From positions 96,001 to 160,000 of the forward strand of contig JACQIB010000001.1 in assembly GCA_016198755.1 (NCBI GenBank): 64,000 nt of DNA, given 5' to 3'. The position numbers and the translations under genes are program-made. Of this stretch, positions 39,055-47,694 are shown one piece after another; positions within the stretch are counted from its first letter, which is position 1, and every line of letters begins with the position of its first letter. Source of the stretch: Candidatus Aenigmatarchaeota archaeon (lineage in GTDB: Archaea; Aenigmatarchaeota; Aenigmatarchaeia; Aenigmatarchaeales; JACQIB01). The notes beneath the pieces are model-generated. The model worked only from the letters and a program-made list of their open reading frames with translations, was not told the origin of the DNA and searched no databases.

Positions 39055-40365
39055 CTATCCAATAGGGGTTGTTGTGAAGAAATTTACTGTGTACGTTTTC
39101 CCATTTAGGCTAATGGACTGCATACCCCTGAAATTTTCCTTGTTAAAATCTATTGAAATATTTGCAGAGAAAAACCTTTTGACTTTTGAAGAACCGTCCC
39201 AAACAAGGCTGTCCCTGACTCCCTGATCAACTTCGTACGTGCCGGAAATTGTAAAATCATTGTTCTCTATTATCTCCCCCGCATAAAGCCACTTTCCCCC
39301 CTCAAAATTCAGCTCCCCAGTAAACCCGCGCGGGTCGAATTCTACCATTGTAGAATTTACAAAATTTACTTTGCTGTTTTCAAATGGAAACAGCCAAATG
39401 CCATCCGAGTCTTTAATTGTAACATTGCTGTTCCTCAGGAACAGCCCCCACTCATTGTAAACATTTACATTTTCAATATGCACACTTCCGAAATCCAGAT
39501 TTGTATATGTTTCACTCTTCAATCCCTCGAATTGCGTTGTTTTGTTTTTTATTTCCTGGAAAACAAACTTGTTAAGGTTGGAATTTTTTACTGTCACTTT
39601 TGAGGTCTCGTCTGCAAATACGCTCCAACCACGCTCATACGGCCCTTTTTTCTTTGGAGGGAGTATTTTTGAATTTTCGATTGTAATTCCCAATACAGAA
39701 AAGTTATCAATATTTCCGGTCTTTAGGTTTTCAATTGTTCCAGCTTCCCCAGGCCCATAAAAAAGGCCTATAGAACCCACTTCAGAATCCTTTATAGAAC
39801 CTTTAACTTGACAGCAAACCTGCAAAATTCCAAAAGCCCCATCCTCTTCAGCTATATCATAGCTAGAATGCAGGCGCGAGCCATTTTTTATTACAAATTC
39901 TACCCCGTTAACTAGGTTCATAACATTGTAAAATGTAGAATTATCAATTAAAATTGAAGAGGTATCGTATGCAGTAAGGTATAGGTTTGCAGGGTCATCA
40001 ATTGGAGGCACAAGCCTGCTATTTATAATTTCCAGTGTGGAGTTTCCATGCATTAAAATTTCAGCCCGCGGCCCCTGCTTTTTTACTATAACATTACTGT
40101 TTCCAATTGTCAGTTTGGCATTGTCAAACAGTTCAATATTACCTATCTGAACATAGTTAGGCTTGTTTTCTATAACCATCTCCTGATTGCCAGAGAGACT
40201 TATTTTTCCCTCATGTGTTTCCAATTGGGTTGTAGAAGTTTCAATCTGGGTTGTAGTGACTTCCGCTTGGGATGTGTTGCTTTCCCCCTGAGATGTTTGC
40301 CCTGTGCATCCGGCAGCAAAAACAGCCAAACCCAGCAGCAAAAATAGCAAAACCAGTTTTTTCAT
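39055..40365 (-). CDS. Surface lipoprotein with beta-helix-like repeats
   Basis: MKK signal, AAGC lipobox, Thr-rich linker, repeated I.NS motifs. Confidence 0.7.
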   Translation of the reverse strand: MKKLVLLFLLLGLAVFAAGCTGQTSQGESNTSQAEVTTTQIETSTTQLETHEGKISLSGNQEMVIENKPNYVQIGNIELFDNAKLTIGNSNVIVKKQGPRAEILMHGNSTLEIINSRLVPPIDDPANLYLTAYDTSSILIDNSTFYNVMNLVNGVEFVIKNGSRLHSSYDIAEEDGAFGILQVCCQVKGSIKDSEVGSIGLFYGPGEAGTIENLKTGNIDNFSVLGITIENSKILPPKKKGPYERGWSVFADETSKVTVKNSNLNKFVFQEIKNKTTQFEGLKSETYTNLDFGSVHIENVNVYNEWGLFLRNSNVTIKDSDGIWLFPFENSKVNFVNSTMVEFDPRGFTGELNFEGGKWLYAGEIIENNDFTISGTYEVDQGVRDSLVWDGSSKVKRFFSANISIDFNKENFRGMQSISLNGKTYTVNFFTTTPIG

Positions 40366-40395
40366 GGTTCCTATAACCTTTGGCAGCATAAAAAT

Positions 40396-40640
40396 TGGTG
40401 GGCCCGGAGGGAGTTTCGAACCTCAAGGGAGAGGTTGAAAGGAGATACGTAGTTTCTCCTTCTTCGAACCCTCGACTCTCGGGTCTGAAGAGTGCTGCTC
40501 TCGCAGTATTTCTTCCTGTCATCGCCTGAGCTATGAAGACCCAGGCTGCACATGCTTTTATCTGGTGCGGGCATATTCTGCAACACTTCTGCGTGCCGCA
40601 GATAAAAGCCCGATACTCTACCAGACTGAGTTACGGGCCC
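40396..40640 (-). tRNA. tRNA-Lys(TTT) with two tandem introns at 37/38 (40510-40602, 40485-40509) and one at 59/60 (40413-40462)
   Basis: Exons give GGGCCCG acceptor, TCGGG-CTTTTAA-CCCGA, GAGGG-TTCGAAT-CCCTC, ACCA; three BHB-like motifs. Confidence 0.88.
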
Positions 40641-40717
40641 AGATAACAGAAATTGGTAAAGAAGCTTATAAAGGCTTTATATTCAGCCTCTGCAAAGAAT
40701 ATTTGAGGTGTTAGTTA

Positions 40718-40924
40718 ATGCCAACAAAAACAATGTCTAAAACTTCAGGTGGAACCTGTAATGGATGCGGCTGCGGCTGCCCTCACCACAGATGGGCAAT
40801 GAGCATAGCCCTTATAGTAGCAGGTGCTGTTTACGTGTATACAGCTAACTGGGGCTATACATTAGCTGCCTTAGGTATTTTGGGCCTGCTAAGCGGGTTC
40901 TGCAAGTGTTGTGGCCACAAGTAA
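40718..40924 (+). CDS. Small Cys/His-rich membrane protein
   Basis: GAGGTG RBS; CNGCGCGCPHH, two TMs, CKCCGH. Confidence 0.7.
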   Translation: MPTKTMSKTSGGTCNGCGCGCPHHRWAMSIALIVAGAVYVYTANWGYTLAALGILGLLSGFCKCCGHK

Positions 40925-40977
40925 ATTTTTATATTTTCTTTATTTTTCTTCTCCCTAGCTTTGGCTACAGAATAAAA

Positions 40978-41053
40978 TGGCGCTCGGGGTGGGATTTGAA
41001 CCCACGTTAGTGACTCGACAGGCCACTATACTAGACCACTATACGACCCGAGC
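40978..41053 (-). tRNA. tRNA-Asp(GTC), no intron
   Basis: GCTCGGG/CCCGAGC acceptor, loop CTGTCGA, G73 + CCA. Confidence 0.93.
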
Positions 41054-41137
41054 CCAGAAAACTATTGAACCCTATGCTTTAATAGCTTTACTGGGACGGC
41101 ATGAGAAAAAATAAAAAGATGGTCACGGTGTTTTCAA

Positions 41138-41623
41138 TCAAATTAATTTGAACCTTTTCCTTAAGGTTTCTATATCTTCATTTCCTAAGTTTTTGATTAT
41201 AAGTTTTAATTGTATAACAAAATTCTCAGCTTTCGATACCATATCGTGCGCGGAGTCTTTTATAACACCGACATTCTTTTTGGAAGAAACATAATACTGT
41301 TTATCTATTCTTTCATCTTTTGCAAATGATATTGTTTTGAACAGGTCCGGTCTATTGAACAATTTTTGCAATAGTAAAATAGATCCTGAATGATTTTCGC
41401 ATTTTATTCCTATTTTGAACAGTAGTGCTGTTAAAGAGTTGTACATAGCATAATACGACATTGAAATGGAGTTTTCATAGAGGTCATTATTTAGCAAAAG
41501 CGTGGCTGATTTTATGCAAGCTTCAGATTTTTCCAAATAAGATGAACATATTTCTTCTGAGGGGTTTACAAGTTCCAGTGCTTTGCTGGCTTTAAGCTTG
41601 CTGAAAAAATCTTGTTTTTCCAT
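41138..41623 (-). CDS. HEPN-domain protein (putative toxin)
   Basis: SYYAMYNSLTALL..G..CENH, RIDKQY; coupled to MNT. Confidence 0.85.
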   Translation of the reverse strand: MEKQDFFSKLKASKALELVNPSEEICSSYLEKSEACIKSATLLLNNDLYENSISMSYYAMYNSLTALLFKIGIKCENHSGSILLLQKLFNRPDLFKTISFAKDERIDKQYYVSSKKNVGVIKDSAHDMVSKAENFVIQLKLIIKNLGNEDIETLRKRFKLI

Positions 41624-42152
41624 AAAAATCCTCCACACCTCTTAATATTATATGGTTTTTTATTATCTCTTTTATAAGATTTGAATCCAAATCAAAGTCG
41701 CCAATTTTCACCTTTATTTTTGAATTTGTAAACTCTATAGAATCCTTTACTTTTTTATTTTTCGTTTCTACGTATATATCTATATCACTTTCATTCTTTG
41801 CTGCAAATTTTGCATAGCTGCCAAATAAGATTATAAGATTCTCTTGGCATTCCTTCAGTAGGCCCTCTATTATAATACCCAATTCAGGATACAACTTTAC
41901 TAATTTTATTAAATTGTATCTTTCTGCATTAAAGACATACGTTTGGGCTTCTAAATTCTTCTTTAGATAAAAAACCTTGTTTTTACCTTCTTTCTTATAG
42001 TCTAAAACACAGCACTTTACTAAATTGTTTAATTTCCTCTCTACCGTTGAGTGAGATACCTTCAATTCCTTTGCAATGCCCCTCAAGTGCATTCTCCCGC
42101 CTATAAGGCGGAGTATTATTTCGTATTCCATATTGTACCATTTTTGATACAT
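41592..42152 (-). CDS. HTH-MNT nucleotidyltransferase (putative antitoxin)
   Basis: N-terminal HTH; LFGSYAK...SDIDI; start uncertain (42161/42152/42132). Confidence 0.88.
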   Translation of the reverse strand: MYQKWYNMEYEIILRLIGGRMHLRGIAKELKVSHSTVERKLNNLVKCCVLDYKKEGKNKVFYLKKNLEAQTYVFNAERYNLIKLVKLYPELGIIIEGLLKECQENLIILFGSYAKFAAKNESDIDIYVETKNKKVKDSIEFTNSKIKVKIGDFDLDSNLIKEIIKNHIILRGVEDFYGKTRFFQQA

Positions 42153-42215
42153 ATGTATCATTATTGGTACAATACTATATAAAGCTTATGTTTGTCAAAT
42201 TAAAAGTTAAAAAGA

Positions 42216-42332
42216 TGGTCACAGCGTCTTTCGCTTCCCACGTTTTCCGCAGTACAACGAAAATCCCTGGCGCGATTCACTACCGTGTTCGGAATGGGAA
42301 CGGGTCTTGCCGCGCCGGTTTGACCGTGACCA
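42216..42332 (-). rRNA. rrf: 5S rRNA (unlinked)
   Basis: Terminal helix TGGTCAC/GTGACCA; CCCGTTCCCATTCCGAACACGG signature; ~117 nt. Confidence 0.93.
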
Positions 42333-42438
42333 GTATTTCCTACACCCCCAAAGTATAAAAGCCTTAGCTTTTCCGACTTTGCCGCTAAAGATATGCTTTT
42401 ATAGATTGCTGTCCAATAGAGAGCAGTGAGAAAAATGG

Positions 42439-42651
42439 GTGGCCTACAAAAGTTCGGAAGAAAGAATATTGAACTTGCTTAGCTCCAGCCCCCGCTCCAT
42501 TTCTGAACTGATTTCTTTAACAGGTGTTCCGGAAAGGACTTTGCGCTTCCATATTTCTGCACTCCGCTCCCGAAGAATGGTTTGTGAGGGTTTTTCTGTT
42601 TCTGACAGAAGAAGGAAAATACTTTATTCAGGAGGTGCGAAAAATGGGTGA
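42439..42651 (+). CDS. Small winged-HTH regulator
   Basis: SISELISLTGVPERTLRFHISAL, DRRRK.Y. Confidence 0.7.
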   Translation: MAYKSSEERILNLLSSSPRSISELISLTGVPERTLRFHISALRSRRMVCEGFSVSDRRRKILYSGGAKNG

Positions 42652-43778
42652 GGAACGGAAGTTCTAGAACAGGAACATATACTGGTGGCCCAGAGCTATT
42701 TTACAGCTTTGTTTCAGAACATGGATTTGACTATATTAAAAGGGAGGTTGAGCCTTTCATGCCAACATTTCCACACTGGATTGGCGTTGGTCCCTCAAGG
42801 AGAAAAATTGATGCTGTAACACCCTACAGGGATGACATGGAAAGGAACAGAAGAATAAAACCTTCTTCTGAAATAACACCTTTTTCTGTTAGTAGACAGG
42901 CTGCGAGGATATTGATTAATAGAATAGATGGAAAAATGGAAATGTACCCGCCTGCTGAAAGGATATGTGATATAAGGATTCCTGTGGAGGAGACAGAGTT
43001 TACAGTCGGTGTTGCAGATGCGCTCTCAGAAGCCGGCTATATTATAGAGGCAATAAATCCCAATCTCTATACAATAAACGGGAAAAACTATACTGTAAAT
43101 GATTTCGGTAAAACATCGAGGTGTAGGCTTGCCGTATTCCCACAGCGCCAAAGGTTTTTGGCTCGTGTTTTTGAAGATGTTATATGGAACCCGCAGGTAA
43201 GGCCCTTTTCCTTGCCTGCCCTAAGGGAAAGAATTGTCTCCCTTTCAGATTATGAAATACGCAGGGCTAGGATAGAAGATAGCGAAGGCATAGTATCTCT
43301 CTTGGAGCGGACATTTCCAGTATATGAGACATGCAATCTAAGGGAAACTATGCCAAGAATGATTGCTGATACAAGCCCTATAGCCCCTGTTGTTTATGCT
43401 GCTGTCCGCAAATCAGACAATTCTGTTGTTGCTACCTGCACTAATGAGCGCAATCCCTTCCATTTTGCAGAGCTTACAGATGTAGCTTCTGATGCAAACG
43501 GCCTAGGCACAACAATATGCTACCTTTCCCTAGTGGCTGCAAGGGAATTGTATGGTGTTAGAAATTACTGGTCAGATGATGTGTCCCATCCTTCCATGAA
43601 CAGAGTTTCAAAACAGCTCGGCGCTGTTTTCTCTGGCATCCACCCCGTCCAAGTCAAAATAACAACCCGCCAGTTCCAAACAGACCCAAACCCAGTATAC
43701 AGGCTCACAGAAACCCCTCGGGCTATGGATTTATTTGTCTGGACTGGTTCAACAGACTTTGAGAGAGTGTTGGTATGA
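42648..43778 (+). CDS. GNAT acetyltransferase, C-terminal half resembling beta-lysine N-acetyltransferase (AblB/YodP)
   Basis: IRRARIED..TFPVY, AELTDVA, MNRV..LG..FSG, FVW. Confidence 0.6.
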   Translation: MRNGSSRTGTYTGGPELFYSFVSEHGFDYIKREVEPFMPTFPHWIGVGPSRRKIDAVTPYRDDMERNRRIKPSSEITPFSVSRQAARILINRIDGKMEMYPPAERICDIRIPVEETEFTVGVADALSEAGYIIEAINPNLYTINGKNYTVNDFGKTSRCRLAVFPQRQRFLARVFEDVIWNPQVRPFSLPALRERIVSLSDYEIRRARIEDSEGIVSLLERTFPVYETCNLRETMPRMIADTSPIAPVVYAAVRKSDNSVVATCTNERNPFHFAELTDVASDANGLGTTICYLSLVAARELYGVRNYWSDDVSHPSMNRVSKQLGAVFSGIHPVQVKITTRQFQTDPNPVYRLTETPRAMDLFVWTGSTDFERVLV

Positions 43779-44443
43779 ACCTGACAGAAATACTGAAAAG
43801 AAATAGAGAGCAAATAGGCAGGATTTTTAATTTACAAAATGCCCAAAAGTTCTTTATCTTTGATTTTTCAGCTTCCAACAAAGAACTGCAAACAATGGAT
43901 ATGGAAAATGCTCTACAGGCTGATCAGTATGTGAAAAATATTTTAAGGGAAAATTCAGCGGATGTTGGTATAGGGAAATACGCTGAAGACAGGGTTATTT
44001 ACAAACACTCCCCGCTCTTTGGAACAGCTCGCACAATACACTTGGGAATAGATATTTTCCTGCCTGCTGGAACAAAAGTTTTTTCACCTCTCCCAGCCAC
44101 AGTACACAGTTTCCAGAACAATAGAGGTATAGGAGACTATGGACCTACAATAATATTGCAGCATGATCTAGAAGGAATTTTATTTTTCACACTCTATGGC
44201 CATTTAAGCCTCGAATCTTTGGAAGGAAAAACAGTGGGGCAGAAAATAGCGCAGGGGGAAATTATAGGAAAGATAGGAACTCTGGATATAAACGGTAACT
44301 GGCCAGAACATGTGCACTTCCAGATAATTGCAGATATGCTTGGAAAGAAAGGGGACTTTCCCGGAGTATGTTCAAGGCAGGACAGAGAATTTTACTTAAA
44401 TAATTGTCCAGATCCGAACCTTATTTTGAAGCTGCAGATTTGA
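43775..44443 (+). CDS. M23-family metallopeptidase
   Basis: HLGIDIF (HxxxD), TLYGHL, HVHFQ (HxH). Confidence 0.9.
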   Translation: MNLTEILKRNREQIGRIFNLQNAQKFFIFDFSASNKELQTMDMENALQADQYVKNILRENSADVGIGKYAEDRVIYKHSPLFGTARTIHLGIDIFLPAGTKVFSPLPATVHSFQNNRGIGDYGPTIILQHDLEGILFFTLYGHLSLESLEGKTVGQKIAQGEIIGKIGTLDINGNWPEHVHFQIIADMLGKKGDFPGVCSRQDREFYLNNCPDPNLILKLQI

Positions 44444-44449
44444 ACAAAG

Positions 44450-44622
44450 TGGTCCCGCGGGGGAGATTTTCACCCACCCATAGGGAGAGGGTGGAGGGAG
44501 ATACGCAGTTTCTCCTCCTTTGAACTCCCAGCCTCTCGATTTCTTTTTGAACGCAGACTAATCTGCTGTTACTAATACGTAACCAGCTACAGTCGAGCGC
44601 TCCACCGTTGAGCTACCGCGGG
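44450..44622 (-). tRNA. tRNA-Tyr(GTA) with introns at 37/38 (44541-44586) and 59/60 (44467-44518)
   Basis: C1-G72 acceptor CCCGCGG/CCGCGGG; spliced T-arm GGGAG-TTCAAAT-CTCCC. Confidence 0.92.
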
Positions 44623-44702
44623 TTAACTAAGAATTACACAGCAGGGGTTTAAATCTTATGCAGTGCAGCAATACCTTTGCAATTTTATTTAGAAAATCTG
44701 GT

Positions 44703-46076
44703 TTACTCCTCAACATCCACTTTCAGCTTCAGAGACTCCGGGCTTTGAGGATAAGGCATATCCACAGAGTTTGATCTCCTGACTATAGAAGAGCTGCCGC
44801 GCGTTCCTTTGACAACAGCAGAAGCAAGGCTTTCCTTTCTGCTGGCTCTTATTGTATAGTGCAAAACCCTTTCCTCCCCCCTTCTCAGGGTTCCAATCCT
44901 CCATAACAGTTCAGTTCCTTCCCCAATCTTGCGCACAACAGGTTTTGCAGTTTCAAATCCCTGCAGGCTCAAGAACCCATGTGGAACAACATCTCTTACA
45001 ACAGTCCCATCCACTGGTCCTCCTTTGTTTAGAATATGAACTGTAACAGAATAATCATCTCCTTCTTTCCTTCTAACACTCTTGCTTACAACCAAAGCTG
45101 TCATTTGCAGATATCCTAATCCAGCTAAAGCAAGAGCCCCAGCCCCAGCAAGTGGAACAGGCCAGTAAAATTGTGAATACTTTAATTCTGTTGACTGCCC
45201 TGGCTGGAGAGTTGCAAACCAGGTCCAGTCAGCTCCCTTTTGGTCAGGCTCTGGTCCAGAATAGCTTGCCCACCAGTTTCCTGTTGGAATATCGTTTATA
45301 GCAGCATTATCAGGTGCATTACCAGTGTTAGTTGCTCTCAATATTACCTCTGCCCCAAACAGGCTTGGAGTTACAATTTTCTCAACCTTTACATTCTTTT
45401 TCACTGGAACTGTTATTGTTTTCTCAACTGTTCCTAACAAAAGCCTGTTCCCGTATAGCTCTCCCTTTACATTATAATCCCCGGGTTTATACTCATTTAC
45501 AAAAGAAGATCCGGAAAATACTAAACTCTCTCCCCTGAGCAAATCGCTCTGCCCAATCTCAACCTTATTATCCCCCACAGTCAAAAACATAACAACATCC
45601 CTTATATTGGAAGTTCCGATATTCTCAGCTTCCATATTCAAAATAACTTCTCCTGAACACTCTGTGCAGCTAACAGAGGAACTTTTCAAAACTGCAACAG
45701 TTCTCCTCTGTAAAACATCCAGTAAAAATGTCTTTTCCTCACTTTCTTTTGTTGCCACATTCTCAACCTTTATAGCATACCTGTAGGAAAAGGCTTTTGT
45801 ATCTTCAGGTGGGGAAAAGTAGAACTTTATTGTAGCGCTTTTACTCCCGTCAATGAAAACATTTGCAGCTTCCTGTGAAATCCACTGTGCAGGAAATGCA
45901 GAAACAGAAAACCATGCTCCATCCCCGTTATTTGTTATTGTCAGTTCATGAACAGCTACATCCCCTGCGAAAATTTGATCTAATCCTGGGAATGAAGTTG
46001 TAAAATCAGAGGCTAATACAGGGTAAGCTGAAAAGAAAAGTGCAAAAACCGCTGCAATTGACAATTTCTTGAACAT
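44703..46076 (-). CDS. Cell-surface protein with Ig-like domains and internal TM
   Basis: Signal peptide; repeated N.G strands; VRDVVP..LLWRIG.L..GEER.L.Y. Confidence 0.75.
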   Translation of the reverse strand: MFKKLSIAAVFALFFSAYPVLASDFTTSFPGLDQIFAGDVAVHELTITNNGDGAWFSVSAFPAQWISQEAANVFIDGSKSATIKFYFSPPEDTKAFSYRYAIKVENVATKESEEKTFLLDVLQRRTVAVLKSSSVSCTECSGEVILNMEAENIGTSNIRDVVMFLTVGDNKVEIGQSDLLRGESLVFSGSSFVNEYKPGDYNVKGELYGNRLLLGTVEKTITVPVKKNVKVEKIVTPSLFGAEVILRATNTGNAPDNAAINDIPTGNWWASYSGPEPDQKGADWTWFATLQPGQSTELKYSQFYWPVPLAGAGALALAGLGYLQMTALVVSKSVRRKEGDDYSVTVHILNKGGPVDGTVVRDVVPHGFLSLQGFETAKPVVRKIGEGTELLWRIGTLRRGEERVLHYTIRASRKESLASAVVKGTRGSSSIVRRSNSVDMPYPQSPESLKLKVDVEE

Positions 46077-46114
46077 AATTACCAGCTGCTAATTGTTAGC
46101 GTAAGCTTATAAAT

Positions 46115-46576
46115 TTACTGCTTCCTTCTGGTTGCAAAATAAGCTATTACAAGCACTGCAATAACAAGCCCTATACCTCCCAAAACCAGCAAAAACATGC
46201 CTTGGAAAGCTTTTAGCAGGTCTTTTAGCCCGAAAACATTCCCAGGTATATCTGTCCCAGTACCCATGAATACAGTTGATAAAAAGTAAAACACTCCAAC
46301 TCCAATTTCCAGCACTAAAAGCGTGTAAATTGCGGATTTTATACCTTCTCCTCCACTTGTAGCAGGAGCTGTAGTTTGGGTTTCAGTAGTGGGTACATGA
46401 TCCAGGCAGAAAACCCCTTTATCAGTAACCCTTACACACTGTGTGCACACAGCTTTCCTGCAAACCTGACACTGCCATTCAACAGGGTTTTTCCCGCAGC
46501 GTTCGCACAAAGCTGTAGTTTGTGTACCAGGTACAATAGCTGTTTCAGCCTCCCCAACCATAACCATTCTATGCAA
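46115..46576 (-). CDS. B-box-like zinc-finger membrane protein
   Basis: CERC..CQVC..CTQC..CLDH plus two TMs. Confidence 0.7.
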   Translation of the reverse strand: MHRMVMVGEAETAIVPGTQTTALCERCGKNPVEWQCQVCRKAVCTQCVRVTDKGVFCLDHVPTTETQTTAPATSGGEGIKSAIYTLLVLEIGVGVFYFLSTVFMGTGTDIPGNVFGLKDLLKAFQGMFLLVLGGIGLVIAVLVIAYFATRRKQ

Positions 46577-46619
46577 CCCAAGTATAAAAGTTTATAAGTG
46601 TGTTAACATGATTTTATGT

Positions 46620-47312
46620 ATGAGAAATCTGTTTATTGGCGCGATTTTTATATCACTCTTGGTTGCCGGCTGTACAGCACAAACTGATGGAGGAACAGGA
46701 ACCACCCTTCCAGTCCAAACAACAATATCTGTTCCAGTAACAAATCTGGCTTCTATAACACTGGAAAAGATAAATGACAAACCAATTACTTTTAAAATAG
46801 AAAGCTCTGATAAGGATGTTTCAGCAAAGCAGTTCTATCCAGAAGTAAAGCAGGTTGCTTCAGCAGCTTTGCCTGGTTATTGCCTTGTTCGTGCTGCAGT
46901 TTTAGGTACAGCTCCAGATCCTGTATCAGGCAAGCTTACAGGAAAGGAAAGTTTATGGGACTATAGGTTTAATTCTGCTTCCCAGAAGAAATCCTATTTG
47001 ATAAGAATAGATAGATGGGTAAAGTATGATAGCACAAATATATTGGCAAAGCCTGTTTTCAACGCATACAATCTTACATTAATAGAATTCCCAGGATATA
47101 ATAATGCAGACTGTATGGATCTTGATAAGTATACAGACAGCACAACAGCAGCAGAAAAGTTCAGTTCATCCAAAGCATACAAGCCAGATACCTATGTTAT
47201 TGCAGCAGCCTTTGAGGATGGAAATAATAAGTGGATATTTGCTCCAAAAGGGAGCAATAACTTCGGGACTCAGTTTGTGGTAGACGGCCTCACAGGAGAA
47301 TTGAAACCCTAA
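46620..47312 (+). CDS. Lipoprotein-like secreted protein
   Basis: LLVAGC lipobox-like motif. Confidence 0.65.
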   Translation: MRNLFIGAIFISLLVAGCTAQTDGGTGTTLPVQTTISVPVTNLASITLEKINDKPITFKIESSDKDVSAKQFYPEVKQVASAALPGYCLVRAAVLGTAPDPVSGKLTGKESLWDYRFNSASQKKSYLIRIDRWVKYDSTNILAKPVFNAYNLTLIEFPGYNNADCMDLDKYTDSTTAAEKFSSSKAYKPDTYVIAAAFEDGNNKWIFAPKGSNNFGTQFVVDGLTGELKP

Positions 47313-47322
47313 ATTCTTTAAT

Positions 47323-47649
47323 TTAGTTCACACAAACCATACCAGTTACTGCCCCGTCTATAACTATATTATGGCAGCCAACAGCAGGTTTAAACCCATA
47401 GCAAGTTCCAGTTTTATAAACAGGACCAGTTTTAAGTTTACCAGCTTCTGTATCAGACAATTCAGTAACACAGTAGCTTTCGCACTGGCTTGAGTCAGAG
47501 CATACTTTTCCTGCATCTGATGCAGGCAGAACACCCCTGAAGTTTGGGTTAAAAGACGAGAAATATTTAGATCCCCCTTCCATAGCAAAGCCAACGCCCA
47601 ACAATATTATAACCAAAGCTACCACAGCATACAGTATTCTATCTCTCAT
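47323..47649 (-). CDS. Small Cys-rich membrane-anchored protein
   Basis: N-terminal TM; DAGKVCSDSSQCESYC. Confidence 0.65.
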   Translation of the reverse strand: MRDRILYAVVALVIILLGVGFAMEGGSKYFSSFNPNFRGVLPASDAGKVCSDSSQCESYCVTELSDTEAGKLKTGPVYKTGTCYGFKPAVGCHNIVIDGAVTGMVCVN

Positions 47650-47694
47650 ATAATATACATATAGTTTTTACAATATAAATTCCACTGTATAAAA

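Noticed and set aside
44541-44586. Nested introns in the tRNA-Tyr 37/38 insert (internal ACAG matches CTGT)
   Set aside because: The remainder has no BHB partner, so a single relaxed intron is simpler.
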